From an uncultured Bacteroidales bacterium (lineage in GTDB: Bacteria > Bacteroidota > Bacteroidia > Bacteroidales > JAGOPY01): a stretch of DNA of 64,000 nt. Positions 1 through 9,369 of this stretch are shown in pieces. The notes under the pieces are model-generated. The model was not told where the DNA came from. It made no database searches and worked only from the letters and a program-made list of their open reading frames with translations. Where the stretch lies: contig CAZAZE010000003.1 of NCBI GenBank assembly GCA_964489545.1, positions 249,527 to 313,526 on the forward strand, given 5' to 3'. The position numbers and the translations under genes are program-made. How positions within the stretch are numbered: position 1 is the first letter of the stretch; each line of letters opens with the position of its first letter.

Positions 1-866
1 AGGTCGGGCAGCATGGCGGCGAATTTTTCCAGGCGCTGGCTCCATTCCGGATCTTTCAGCAGGATGTATGATTCAAATGCGGCTTTGTATCCGTAGAGCG
101 CATCTTCATAATTCTCGATCGGACCGACCACGAAGTCGATGCTGGAGGTGCGCATGTCCATCCAGGCGAAGTCGCTGGGCTGGTAATCGCTGCTCAGGAG
201 GGCGTCGGCGCGCATTTCCAGGTATTTCTTCAACCCGGCGTCTTCGGCCAGTCCTGCGGCCTGTTTCATGAGTTCAGCAGCCCGTTTCAGCTGGGTCTCA
301 TAGGCCTGGTGGTACCAGACGCTGCGCAGGCTGCCGTCGTCGTTGCGCCGGATCAGCGTGTAGAGGCTTGACTTGTTCGGATCGGTGAAGGCTTCGAACT
401 CCTCCCGCGTCATGTCGACCGGGTAGAAGTTGGCGCCCAGGGGTTTCGGTCCGATACCGGCCAGGAAAGGGTTATTGCCGTCGAGGCGGTCCCAGGGGCC
501 ATAATTGATCTCGGCGAATTTCCGGGCGCTATCATCCTGTATCCGGGCCAGGAAGGGGGCTTTCGGGCCCATGGCCTGGTTCCAGAAGAGTTCGTCCATG
601 ATGTCGGCGACATCGAACAGGATCACGAGGATCTGTTTTTCTTTTTCAGAAAGATGAGCAATGTCGGAGGTCAGGGTGAAGGGCGCGTAGGTGGCCAGGC
701 GGCTGGCGACATGTCCGGCGTCGGCCGGGGCGAGGGTTTCCTGCCCGGCGGCCAGGCCCGGGTTTTCCTGTTCCATTTGTGCTTCTGTTTTGGGGGTTTG
801 CCGGCATGAAAAGGTAAATACCACTAAAATGCTCAGCAGGGCGAAAGATAATTTCTTGCAATACAT
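1..866 (-). CDS. Peptidase M49-like (dipeptidyl peptidase III-like) Zn-dependent hydrolase lipoprotein; partial, runs off the window start
   Basis: Manual translation from ATG at 866: MYCKKLSFALLSILVVFTFSC (lipobox) ... MDELFW ... INYGPWDRLDGN ... GANFYPVDMT ... VVGPIENYEDALYGYKAAFESYIL. Absent from the ORF track because the stop is outside the window. The catalytic motif is not in the window. Confidence 0.75.
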   Translation of the reverse strand, partial: MYCKKLSFALLSILVVFTFSCRQTPKTEAQMEQENPGLAAGQETLAPADAGHVASRLATYAPFTLTSDIAHLSEKEKQILVILFDVADIMDELFWNQAMGPKAPFLARIQDDSARKFAEINYGPWDRLDGNNPFLAGIGPKPLGANFYPVDMTREEFEAFTDPNKSSLYTLIRRNDDGSLRSVWYHQAYETQLKRAAELMKQAAGLAEDAGLKKYLEMRADALLSSDYQPSDFAWMDMRTSSIDFVVGPIENYEDALYGYKAAFESYILLKDPEWSQRLEKFAAMLPD

Positions 867-970
867 CACTTTGGTTTTTTAAAATCTTTGAACCGGCGAA
901 GTTACTCAAAATCTGTCTTTCCCGTTCATTTTTCCGGCTATTTCTGCCATCTGTCGTGTGATAACTGATC

Positions 971-2062
971 TTATTTCATCGATGCGCCCGGGCGCTTGAT
1001 CTTATCTTCCATCGACAGGCCCGACTTCACCTCGACGTTGATGCCGTCGGACAGCCCGGTCTTGATGTATCGCTTTTCAAACTGCTGGGGGGCGATTTCA
1101 ATTTCTACGAAAGCAGAATCCTTATCGAACTGCAGCAGGCTTTCGGGAATGGCCAGCACGCTGTCGGTGCGGTCGAGGACCACCTTGGCGTTGGCGCTGT
1201 AACCGGCCCGGATGAACTGATCTTCCTGAAGGTTCACGTTGGCTTTGATCTCGAACTGTATGGCGCCGTTTTCCTCAATGCCTTTGGGCGAGATGTGCTC
1301 CAGGCTGGCCGAGAAGGTGGCGTCGTCGATGGCGCCGACGGTCAGGATCAGGGGCATTCCTTCGCGGATCTTGCCCACTTCCGTTTCATCGATCTTTCCT
1401 TCGAAGATCATATCGCCCATATCGGCTACGGAGGCGATCGTGGTCCCGTCGTTGAAGGTATTGCTTTCGATGACGGAGAATCCGACCTCCACGGGCACAT
1501 CCAGCACCATGCCCTCGGCGGTGGAGCGGACCATGGTGTTGGTCGGCTGGTTGCTCTTCTTGGACTGTCCTTCCTTGATGAGTTCCAGGTTGCTTTCCGC
1601 GGCGTCCACCTCTTCCGCGGCATTTTTGAACGCCAGGTCAAAGGTCTCAAAAGCCGCCTGGGCGATCACGCCCTGCTTGAGAAGGTCTTTCTGCCGCTCG
1701 TATTGCCGTTTGGCGTCCTCGTAATTGATCTTCGCCCGGTTGAGACGGGATTGCGCGTTGTTCAGGCTGACCATATCGGGGATGATCTTGATCCTGGCGA
1801 TCAGGTCGCCTTTCTTTACCATATCGCCCGGTTCGACGAACAATTCCTCCACGATCCCCGAAACCTGGGGCTTGATCATGATCTCTTTGCGGGGAACCAC
1901 CGAACCGGTGGCCACCGTGCTTTTGATGATCTCTGTCTTAAAGGCCTGGGTGGTCTCGAACTGCACCGGCTTCGCCTGTGATTTCTGGTACAGGAAATAG
2001 ATGGTGTACACAAAAACCGACAACACAATGACTGCTCCGATGATCTTCAATATTTTCTTCAT
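971..2062 (-). CDS. Efflux periplasmic adaptor (MacA-like membrane fusion protein)
   Basis: N-terminal TM anchor, ATGSVVP...IKPQVSGIVEELFVEPGDMVKKGDLIA lipoyl-like half-motif, coiled-coil hairpin; last gene of the TolC/ABC operon. Confidence 0.9.
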   Translation of the reverse strand: MKKILKIIGAVIVLSVFVYTIYFLYQKSQAKPVQFETTQAFKTEIIKSTVATGSVVPRKEIMIKPQVSGIVEELFVEPGDMVKKGDLIARIKIIPDMVSLNNAQSRLNRAKINYEDAKRQYERQKDLLKQGVIAQAAFETFDLAFKNAAEEVDAAESNLELIKEGQSKKSNQPTNTMVRSTAEGMVLDVPVEVGFSVIESNTFNDGTTIASVADMGDMIFEGKIDETEVGKIREGMPLILTVGAIDDATFSASLEHISPKGIEENGAIQFEIKANVNLQEDQFIRAGYSANAKVVLDRTDSVLAIPESLLQFDKDSAFVEIEIAPQQFEKRYIKTGLSDGINVEVKSGLSMEDKIKRPGASMK

Positions 2063-2103
2063 TTTCTAATGGTTTGTATTTCGTTGTTTTATTCGTCCGG
2101 AAG

Positions 2104-2123
2104 GGACGTTGCATGCAACGTCC
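2104..2123. repeat. Perfect 20-bp palindrome, REP-like
   Basis: GGACGTTGCA|TGCAACGTCC in the intergenic gap 2063-2138. Confidence 0.7.
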
Positions 2124-2138
2124 TTACGGTTTATTTTT

Positions 2139-3410
2139 TTATTCATCCCGTAATGCATCGATCGGTTTGATGCTGACAGCGCGGCGGGCGGGGATCAGCC
2201 CGGCGAAGATGCCGGAAATGACCAGGATGCCCAGGGCCGACATAGCCATGTTAAAATTGACTTCCGGGTTCTGGAACATATCCGATTCGGTGCCGCTGGA
2301 TACGATCAGATAATCCACCAGCTCGATCAGACCGACGCCCAGCACCAGGCCGACGTAGCCGGCCAGGGTGGTCAGGAAGACCGATTCGACGATGATCTGG
2401 CTGATGATGGCCGAGGGCGGCGCGCCGATGGCCCGCTGGATGCCGATCTCCTTCGTCCGCTCCTTCACCACGATCAGCATGATGTTGCTCACGCCGACCA
2501 CGCCCGCGAACAGCGTTCCGCTGCCCACGATCCAGACCAGAATGTCGATGCCGTCAAACAATTTGTTGAATTTGTTGAATTCATTCTCCATGTTCCAGGA
2601 GCCGACCGCGCGGTCATCATCCGGATGGATGTGGTGCCGGGTCTTGATGAAGTCTTTCGTCTTCTGCTCCACTTCCGATGCGGGGATGCCTTTTTGGGCC
2701 GTGATGGAGTACCATCCCACGATATCGCCGTAATTATAGGTCCGCTGAAGCGTCGTGAACGGCATGAACACCGATTTTTCGTCCCGCTCGGCGTTGTGTC
2801 CGCTCTGCTTGGATTTTACTACGCCCACGACCTTGAAATAGACCCCCTGGATCTGCAAATACTCGCCAATGGGATTTTCACCGGCTTTGAACATTTCCTG
2901 GTACACCCGGTCGCCGATGACGATCACCTTGCGCAAATCCAGGATATCTGCCTGGTTAATGGTCCGGCCCATGACGACGTTCATCGGCATGATCCGGAAG
3001 AACTCCGGCGTATCGCCGTAAATATCAAAAGCGCCGATGCGTTCTCCGCGCACCACATTGTTGCCGCCGCCCGACCAGCGGTTGGCCTGGAGCCGGGGCG
3101 CGACCAGGTCGGCTTCCGGAATATTCTGCCGGATGGCCTCCGTATCGGAATTGCGGAAATTGTAGAACCGGCCCCGCTGGAAGCCCTTGTAAGGCATGGT
3201 GGTGCGCTGCGTCCACATGAAAAAGCTGTTGGTGGCCATGTCGCCGAAGTCTGAAGTGACGCTGTTGCGCAGGCCATTGCCCGATCCCATCATGACCACG
3301 AGCAGGAAGATGCCCCAGAATACACCGAATGCGGTGAAAAAGGTGCGCAACTTGTTCTTCTTCAGAACCGTAATGATCTCCTGCCATTTGTCGTAATCCA
3401 GGATCCGCAT
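2139..3410 (-). CDS. ABC transporter permease (MacB/FtsX family)
   Basis: LRTFFTAFGVFWGI, large periplasmic domain, GVSNIMLIVVKERTKEIGIQRAIGA, C-terminal PIDALR. Confidence 0.92.
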   Translation of the reverse strand: MRILDYDKWQEIITVLKKNKLRTFFTAFGVFWGIFLLVVMMGSGNGLRNSVTSDFGDMATNSFFMWTQRTTMPYKGFQRGRFYNFRNSDTEAIRQNIPEADLVAPRLQANRWSGGGNNVVRGERIGAFDIYGDTPEFFRIMPMNVVMGRTINQADILDLRKVIVIGDRVYQEMFKAGENPIGEYLQIQGVYFKVVGVVKSKQSGHNAERDEKSVFMPFTTLQRTYNYGDIVGWYSITAQKGIPASEVEQKTKDFIKTRHHIHPDDDRAVGSWNMENEFNKFNKLFDGIDILVWIVGSGTLFAGVVGVSNIMLIVVKERTKEIGIQRAIGAPPSAIISQIIVESVFLTTLAGYVGLVLGVGLIELVDYLIVSSGTESDMFQNPEVNFNMAMSALGILVISGIFAGLIPARRAVSIKPIDALRDE

Positions 3411-3439
3411 ATTGTTATCTTTGTTTTTCTTTCAAAAAA

Positions 3440-3540
3440 GGGCAGGGGGGTTTAAAAAAAGCATCCCTCAGTAACCCCCCGCCCGTGCAAGCATTAACCA
3501 TTTGCTGCTATGAGAAAATTACATCCTTCGCGGGATGTAA
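3440..3540. repeat. Two intergenic inverted repeats between the permease genes
   Basis: GGGCAGGGGGGTT (3440-3452) with AACCCCCCGCCC (3473-3484); TTACATCC-ttcgcg-GGATGTAA (3519-3540). Confidence 0.55.
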
Positions 3541-3545
3541 AGTTC

Positions 3546-4787
3546 TTATTCATACCTCAAAGCCTCGATCGGACGTATGGCGGCGGCCTTGCGTGCCGGC
3601 ACAAAGCCGGCCAGCATGCCCGACACCACCATGACGACTGTGGCGCCGATGGCCACGCGGACGTCGACCGAGGGGTTTTTAAAGAACGTATCCGCCGACT
3701 CGAACATGGGCGAGACCAGTTCCAGCAGGCCGACGCCCATCACCAGGCCGATGTAGCCGGCAAAGGCGGTGATCAGCACCGACTCCATCAGGATCAGGGT
3801 GATGACCGACCAGGGCGTGGCGCCCATGGCCTTGCGGATCCCGATCTCCTGGGTCCGCTCCTTCACCACGATCATCATGATGTTGCTCACGCCAACCACC
3901 CCGGCGATGATGGTCCCGATGCCGATGATCCAGATAAACAGCCGGATCGAAGCGAACAGCGACAGGAAGCGCTTGAACTCCTCGATGTTGTTGCGCACAT
4001 ATATTGCACGCTGGTCTTCGGGATCGAAACGATGGAGCTGTGCCAGCGTCTGGCGGATCTCTTCCGTCATGGCCTGGCTGGTCTCCACGTCAATCTCCTC
4101 GGTAACGATGCTCAGGTTAAAGATGCGGTCGCCAAAGTTGTACACCCGCTGCGCGGTGGAGATGGGTATGTAGACCCGCTGCATGTCGCGGTCGCCGCCC
4201 ACGTCGTTGAACACGCCAACCACCTTGAACGGAATCCCGCTAACCTGGATGAACTTGCCGATGGGGTTCTCGCCCTTGAATAAGCCGTCGCGCACCAGGG
4301 TACTGATGACCACCGTTTTCCGGTAATCGTTGATGTCTTCTTCGTTGATATACCGGCCTTCCACTATGTCGACTGTTTCATAATACCCGTATCCCGGGTG
4401 GCAGGCGATGATGTCCCAGTTGCCGAATTCCTTTTTGTACGAAATCGTGTTGTTCTGCCACACCATCAACCGGCTGCTGATCTTGTCGATGTTGGGAATG
4501 TCTTTTTTGACGATATCATAATCCTCGTTGGTGAACTGTATGGTGCGACCGGATTTCAGTCCTTTATACGCCACGCTGGTCTGGCCGGGATTGACCCAGA
4601 TGGTGTTGGTGGCGTCGCCTTCAAACTCTTTCCTGACGCCGTTCTCCAGTCCGTACCCGCTGCCGAGCAGGATCATGAGCATGAAGATCCCCCAGGCCAC
4701 GCTGAATCCGGTTAGGAAGGTGCGCAGCTTGTTCTTCTTCATCGTTTCGAAGATCTCCTGCCATTTATCTCCGTCAAAAATGCCCAT
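3546..4787 (-). CDS. ABC transporter permease (MacB/FtsX family)
   Basis: LRTFLTGFSVAWGI, GVSNIMMIVVKERTQEIGIRKAMGA, RPIEALR; paralog of 2139-3410. Confidence 0.92.
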   Translation of the reverse strand: MGIFDGDKWQEIFETMKKNKLRTFLTGFSVAWGIFMLMILLGSGYGLENGVRKEFEGDATNTIWVNPGQTSVAYKGLKSGRTIQFTNEDYDIVKKDIPNIDKISSRLMVWQNNTISYKKEFGNWDIIACHPGYGYYETVDIVEGRYINEEDINDYRKTVVISTLVRDGLFKGENPIGKFIQVSGIPFKVVGVFNDVGGDRDMQRVYIPISTAQRVYNFGDRIFNLSIVTEEIDVETSQAMTEEIRQTLAQLHRFDPEDQRAIYVRNNIEEFKRFLSLFASIRLFIWIIGIGTIIAGVVGVSNIMMIVVKERTQEIGIRKAMGATPWSVITLILMESVLITAFAGYIGLVMGVGLLELVSPMFESADTFFKNPSVDVRVAIGATVVMVVSGMLAGFVPARKAAAIRPIEALRYE

Positions 4788-4795
4788 TTTGCAAA

Positions 4796-5518
4796 TCAGT
4801 TGACGTTCGCGGTATATTGATTCTTATTCTTTCCGTTGATCTCGTTGCGCGCAATCAGCCCGTCCTTCAGGTGGATGATCCGGTCGGTGCTGTGGGCGAT
4901 ATCGTGTTCATGGGTCACGATCAGTATCGTGATGCCTGAATCATTGATTTCCCGCAGCAGATCCATGACTTCCATGGAGGTCGTCGAATCGAGCGCGCCG
5001 GTGGGCTCATCGGCCAGGATGATCCGGGGTTTCGACACCAGGGCGCGGGCGATGGCGATGCGTTGTTTCTGCCCGCCCGACAATTCGTTGGGGAGATGAT
5101 GCCACCATTCCGCCAATCCCATTTTCTCCAGCATTTCCATGGCGGTGCGGTTACGCTTCTTGCGGCTGATGCCCTTGTAATAAAGGGGAAGGGCCACGTT
5201 CTCCATGGCATTCTTGAAGGAGATCAGGTTGAACGACTGGAAGATGAACCCGATCATCTCGTTGCGCAGCCGGGCGGCTTTTTTTTCCGTCAGGTTGACG
5301 ATCGTCTGTCCGTCGAGCACGTATTCCCCGTCGTCGTGGTTGTCCAGGATGCCGATCACGTTCAGCAGCGTGGATTTTCCCGATCCCGAAGAGCCCATGA
5401 TCGAGACCAGCTCCCCTCTTCTGATATCCAGGTCAATGCCTTTGAGCACGTGCAGGGGGTTCTTGCCGTTCCCATAGGATTTGTGGATGTTCTTCAGCCG
5501 GATGATCGAATCTTCCAT
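4796..5518 (-). CDS. ABC transporter ATP-binding protein (LolD/MacB-type)
   Basis: Walker A GSSGSGKS, signature LSGGQKQR, Walker B ILADEPTG. Confidence 0.95.
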   Translation of the reverse strand: MEDSIIRLKNIHKSYGNGKNPLHVLKGIDLDIRRGELVSIMGSSGSGKSTLLNVIGILDNHDDGEYVLDGQTIVNLTEKKAARLRNEMIGFIFQSFNLISFKNAMENVALPLYYKGISRKKRNRTAMEMLEKMGLAEWWHHLPNELSGGQKQRIAIARALVSKPRIILADEPTGALDSTTSMEVMDLLREINDSGITILIVTHEHDIAHSTDRIIHLKDGLIARNEINGKNKNQYTANVN

Positions 5519-5526
5519 GATGTTGA

Positions 5527-6993
5527 TTATTCCAGGGTGATGGGTTTTCCCATATAAAAATCAAGGACGGTGGTGGTGTAAATAAACCGGTATTTGGCCT
5601 GCAGCAGGTCGGATTCCGCAGCGGTCAGGTTCTTCTTCACCTCGTTGTATTCCACGGCGGTGACCATTCCCACGTCCAGCTTTTGTTCCGAATATTTGAA
5701 GGCTTCCTTCTGAGCAAAGACCTTCTTTTGGGAAGCGGTAAAATTCTTCAGCGCGGCGACCGCATCGGCGTATGCCTGCTGAATATTTTTGTCAAGATCC
5801 AGCTTTGCCTGGCGCAGGTCGAGATCGGCCTGTTCGTGCATGATCTTGGCCTGGGATATGGCCGTGCGGACCTGCCAGCCGTTGAAGATCGGGATCTGGA
5901 GGCTCAGCTGGAGGCTCCGGTTCTGGTTATCGGTCCATTGTTCCCCCCAGGGTATGATCTCGCTGCGGGTGAACTGCTGGCTCACAAGCGTGACCGGTTC
6001 CAGGGTGTTGGCCGTAAAACCGGCATTTTCATAATACACAATTTCCGGGTCGAAGCCTTCGGTGGCGGCGCCGGAATAACCGGTGGCCCAGGTGCCTGAG
6101 AAGCTCAGGGTTGGACTGAGGTAGCCGCGGGCGATGGAAACGCCTTTGCGCGCGCTTTCAACGCGCAGTTCGGCGCTCTTAATCTCAGGACGCTGCAGCA
6201 GGGCCGTCTGGTACACGTCGCCGGGGGTTAGCACCACCTGGGGCGCCTCGATCGGCTTAAGCTCAGGAACGTCTATCCGGAAATCTTTGGAGTAGGGGAG
6301 GTCGATCAGTTGCTGGAGACTGAGGAAAGAAATGATCAGCCTGTTTTCCGCTTCGACAATCTGAAGCTCTTCCGTTGCCAGTTGGGCTTCAATGTTGAGC
6401 AGATCGCCGCGGGCCAGCGTCCCCGCCTCAACCATCTTCTCCATCCGGTTAACCTGCTGCTGAGTGATCTCATATTGTGCTTTCGCCACGGCCAGGAGTT
6501 CCTGGTTGAATAAAATGTCAAGATAATAGGCGGCCACGGTGAGGGAAATGTCGTCCATCATCTTGTCGAGATCGTACTGAATCGCCGCATAATTAAGCTT
6601 GGTCTGGTTCAGTTCGTTGATCTGGCGCAGTCCCTGGAACAGGTTGAGCTGTGTCCCCAGGTAGAAGTTGTTCGACTGCACCCGGGTGGTGGCGAACTGG
6701 TTGGTGTAGCGGTCGATCGTCTGCCCCCAGTTGTAGCCGTGGGTAGCGCCCCCGTTGAGGTCGGGAAGCATGATCAGATAGCTTTGCAGCAATTGGGCTT
6801 TCTGGTTTTCGACCATCAGGACCTGTTTCTGGACGTTGATGTTGTTGTCCAGGGCGTAGTTGATGCAGTCTTCCAGCGTCCAGGCTTTTTCCTGGGCGGA
6901 TGCAGCCAGGAGCCCGAGGGAAGCCACGACAGTGAACGCCAGCCTGACAATAAAATTCAGCCTGGTTTTTTGGTTAATGCTTTGTCTGTGCAT
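5527..6993 (-). CDS. TolC family outer membrane efflux protein
   Basis: Signal peptide, WTLEDCINYALDNNINV start, duplicated helical repeats, QIPIFNG, C-terminal LDFYMG; heads the exporter operon. Confidence 0.9.
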   Translation of the reverse strand: MHRQSINQKTRLNFIVRLAFTVVASLGLLAASAQEKAWTLEDCINYALDNNINVQKQVLMVENQKAQLLQSYLIMLPDLNGGATHGYNWGQTIDRYTNQFATTRVQSNNFYLGTQLNLFQGLRQINELNQTKLNYAAIQYDLDKMMDDISLTVAAYYLDILFNQELLAVAKAQYEITQQQVNRMEKMVEAGTLARGDLLNIEAQLATEELQIVEAENRLIISFLSLQQLIDLPYSKDFRIDVPELKPIEAPQVVLTPGDVYQTALLQRPEIKSAELRVESARKGVSIARGYLSPTLSFSGTWATGYSGAATEGFDPEIVYYENAGFTANTLEPVTLVSQQFTRSEIIPWGEQWTDNQNRSLQLSLQIPIFNGWQVRTAISQAKIMHEQADLDLRQAKLDLDKNIQQAYADAVAALKNFTASQKKVFAQKEAFKYSEQKLDVGMVTAVEYNEVKKNLTAAESDLLQAKYRFIYTTTVLDFYMGKPITLE

Positions 6994-7239
6994 GGTTAGT
7001 TAATTTTATTCCGTTAACTATTAACGGCAAATTAGAGCGAAAAATATGCCATAAATATATTTTATTGATGATCAGGTAGTTTAGGGGCCTGAGATGACAT
7101 CTCGTGATCCAAAACCCGTTCACAATCCGACACTTTTTGTCCGTTAACGAACAATCATTGCACAAAGATCGGAAGGAATAGATGGGGCCCCGGGCCAAAA
7201 TCCACGGGCGTGCACAGGGAATTGACGAATGGCAATATT

Positions 7240-7272
7240 GAGACTCCATCCCGGTTTTTGAGATGGAGTCTC
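7240..7272. terminator. Inverted repeat just downstream of 7281-9350, possible terminator
   Basis: GAGACTCCATC (7240-7250) / GATGGAGTCTC (7262-7272), an 11-bp perfect stem without a clear U-tract. Confidence 0.45.
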
Positions 7273-7280
7273 GTTTGGTA

Positions 7281-9350
7281 CTATTGGATACTTTTCAGGG
7301 CCTCTTCGGCGGCAGTTAGGGTGGGTGTGATGGAGACCGGGCTGCCGACGGCCTGCTGCATCCAGACCTGCGGCACCAGGATGCCCAGGGTGAACATGCG
7401 GTACACCTCGCCGGCGAGTTTTTTGCCTTCCATATACTCTTCGATCTGGAACTGGATCAGGTGGCCCACCGGGTAGGCGGAGAGGTACAGCGGGTTGTCG
7501 ATCATATGAGAGTAGATGGCCAGGATGGGGGAGTCGCTGACGCCGAACACGGGGGCGTAATAACTGTTCCACACCTCTTTGGCAATGCGTATGACTGCTT
7601 CTTTGAGCTGAGCCGCCGTAGCGTCCGGATTTTCGTACATCCATTTCCACACCCGCATGTCGACCAGCGAAACGCCCATGATCTCGTAATTGGACCACAG
7701 GTTTTCGAGCGCCGCCAGGTGTTTGCCCATGGGATCGTCATGCTTCATTCCAAGCAGCTCCAGGTCGCGGTGCTGGAACAGGAACGCCAGCGCCTCGGTG
7801 AACGCGGTGTTGGGCACGCCGTGGAGGATGTAGTAATCCATGTTGTAGAGTGAGATGGTCTGCTCCACGTTGTGACCGAATTCATGGATGGCAATGTTAT
7901 ATCCTTTGTAGTCCATCCCCTGTGCGCCGATGCGGGTGCGCAGGCGGGCGCGGTCGGTCCGCATCTCGGCTCCCCAGGCGTGGCCGGAGCCGCGGGCCGC
8001 GTCGACGGTGATCCGCGAGGCGATCAGCGCGGCGCTGTCCTTCGGAAAGCCCAGTTTCACCAGGATATTGGGTAGATCGGCCTCAAACGCGCGGCTGTCG
8101 GGGTATTTTGCCCTGGTGATCTGGTTCAGCGCTTCTTCATTGAGCGTTCCGCGTGATTTAAACCCGTTGTACCAGATATCAAAAGGCTCCAGCGGCCGGC
8201 CCAGCCGCTTGCTGACCAGTTCGCCGGCCAGCTTCACCTGCGGAGAAGACACCAGCTCCACAAATAGCCGCTCCACATCCTCCTGCGGGATCTCCATTTC
8301 CTGGTCGAACGCCCGGCTGATATAGGTCGGGTAGAACGGATTATACGGATCGGCTTTGAGCATCGCCCTGAAGTTGTTCAAAAGTACCTGGTAGCGGCCA
8401 ATATCTTCTGGTACGGCTTCCGCCGGGACGTCATCACGGAAGAGCTGGTTTGTATAGGGATTCCAGGTGAATTCCGGATTGTCGATGACCGCCTTCGGGA
8501 TCTCCTGGCTGATGATCCGCAGCATGACCTCGTAGATCATTTTCTGCTTCTCCAGGCCGTCGGGCTGCCCGAAATGCGATTTCAGTTCGTCGCGCAGGCC
8601 CCAGTGGGTGATCAGGCGGAGGTCATCGGGAAATAGTTGCCGGCCCTCATCGTCGCGCAGTTTGCCCAGGTAAATGTTGTAGAAAGAAATGTAGTTGTCG
8701 CCGTCGGTCAGAGCTTTGGCGATCTCCTGGTTGATGGCCGCCGGAGTGCGTGAGGTGAACAGCTCGCCCATCCGCGCATAAGCCCATTGTTTGCGGGTCC
8801 ATTCCCCGGAAAGCGCCGTTTTTTCTTCCAAAGTGTAAAAGGGGAAATTCAGCAGGACGATGAACGCCATCTTGTTGCTGAACATATCATCGGTAAAATG
8901 CGCGCCCGGACTGTAGGCGCCCATGATCTCATCGACCGGGTGCAGGGGGCCCTGGTCGACATGCAGGGGCATTTTCAGGTCCACGCTGATCTTGTTGTAG
9001 CATCCTCCAAGTGATTCCAGCGCAGACGACAGCCTTTGGAAAACCAGGTCAAGCTCCGCTTCATCGGAAATAAACCGTTCGAGGCAAAAGGCCTTGAAGT
9101 CTTCAGCGCTGCCGTCGTTTGCGTTCCAAAACGCGGCGGCTTGCGCCACCCCCTTTTCAATTCTGAATCCGGCCGCTTCACCGTGCTTTTCCTTTAGCAG
9201 GGCAACGACTTCCTTCTTCATAATATCGGAAATGGAGGACAATGCCTGAACTGCATGCTCGTCATCCGCCGCAGGTCCTGCGGCAGGCTGACACCCGGCC
9301 ATCACCAGGACAATGGCTGCCGGAAGGATCATTCTGATCTGGATATTCAT
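7281..9350 (-). CDS. Uncharacterised lipoprotein, putative gluzincin metallopeptidase
   Basis: Lipobox MAGC; IAIHEFGHNVEQ (HEXXH) followed by NTAFTEALA (candidate third-ligand Glu). Confidence 0.65.
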   Translation of the reverse strand: MNIQIRMILPAAIVLVMAGCQPAAGPAADDEHAVQALSSISDIMKKEVVALLKEKHGEAAGFRIEKGVAQAAAFWNANDGSAEDFKAFCLERFISDEAELDLVFQRLSSALESLGGCYNKISVDLKMPLHVDQGPLHPVDEIMGAYSPGAHFTDDMFSNKMAFIVLLNFPFYTLEEKTALSGEWTRKQWAYARMGELFTSRTPAAINQEIAKALTDGDNYISFYNIYLGKLRDDEGRQLFPDDLRLITHWGLRDELKSHFGQPDGLEKQKMIYEVMLRIISQEIPKAVIDNPEFTWNPYTNQLFRDDVPAEAVPEDIGRYQVLLNNFRAMLKADPYNPFYPTYISRAFDQEMEIPQEDVERLFVELVSSPQVKLAGELVSKRLGRPLEPFDIWYNGFKSRGTLNEEALNQITRAKYPDSRAFEADLPNILVKLGFPKDSAALIASRITVDAARGSGHAWGAEMRTDRARLRTRIGAQGMDYKGYNIAIHEFGHNVEQTISLYNMDYYILHGVPNTAFTEALAFLFQHRDLELLGMKHDDPMGKHLAALENLWSNYEIMGVSLVDMRVWKWMYENPDATAAQLKEAVIRIAKEVWNSYYAPVFGVSDSPILAIYSHMIDNPLYLSAYPVGHLIQFQIEEYMEGKKLAGEVYRMFTLGILVPQVWMQQAVGSPVSITPTLTAAEEALKSIQ

Positions 9351-9369
9351 CGTGTATAATTTTGGTTGG

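Noticed and set aside
6994-7280. Possible tRNA, riboswitch or sRNA in this spacer and in 32343-32789
   Set aside because: No cloverleaf or recognisable riboswitch consensus was found by eye; an Infernal/Rfam scan would be needed.
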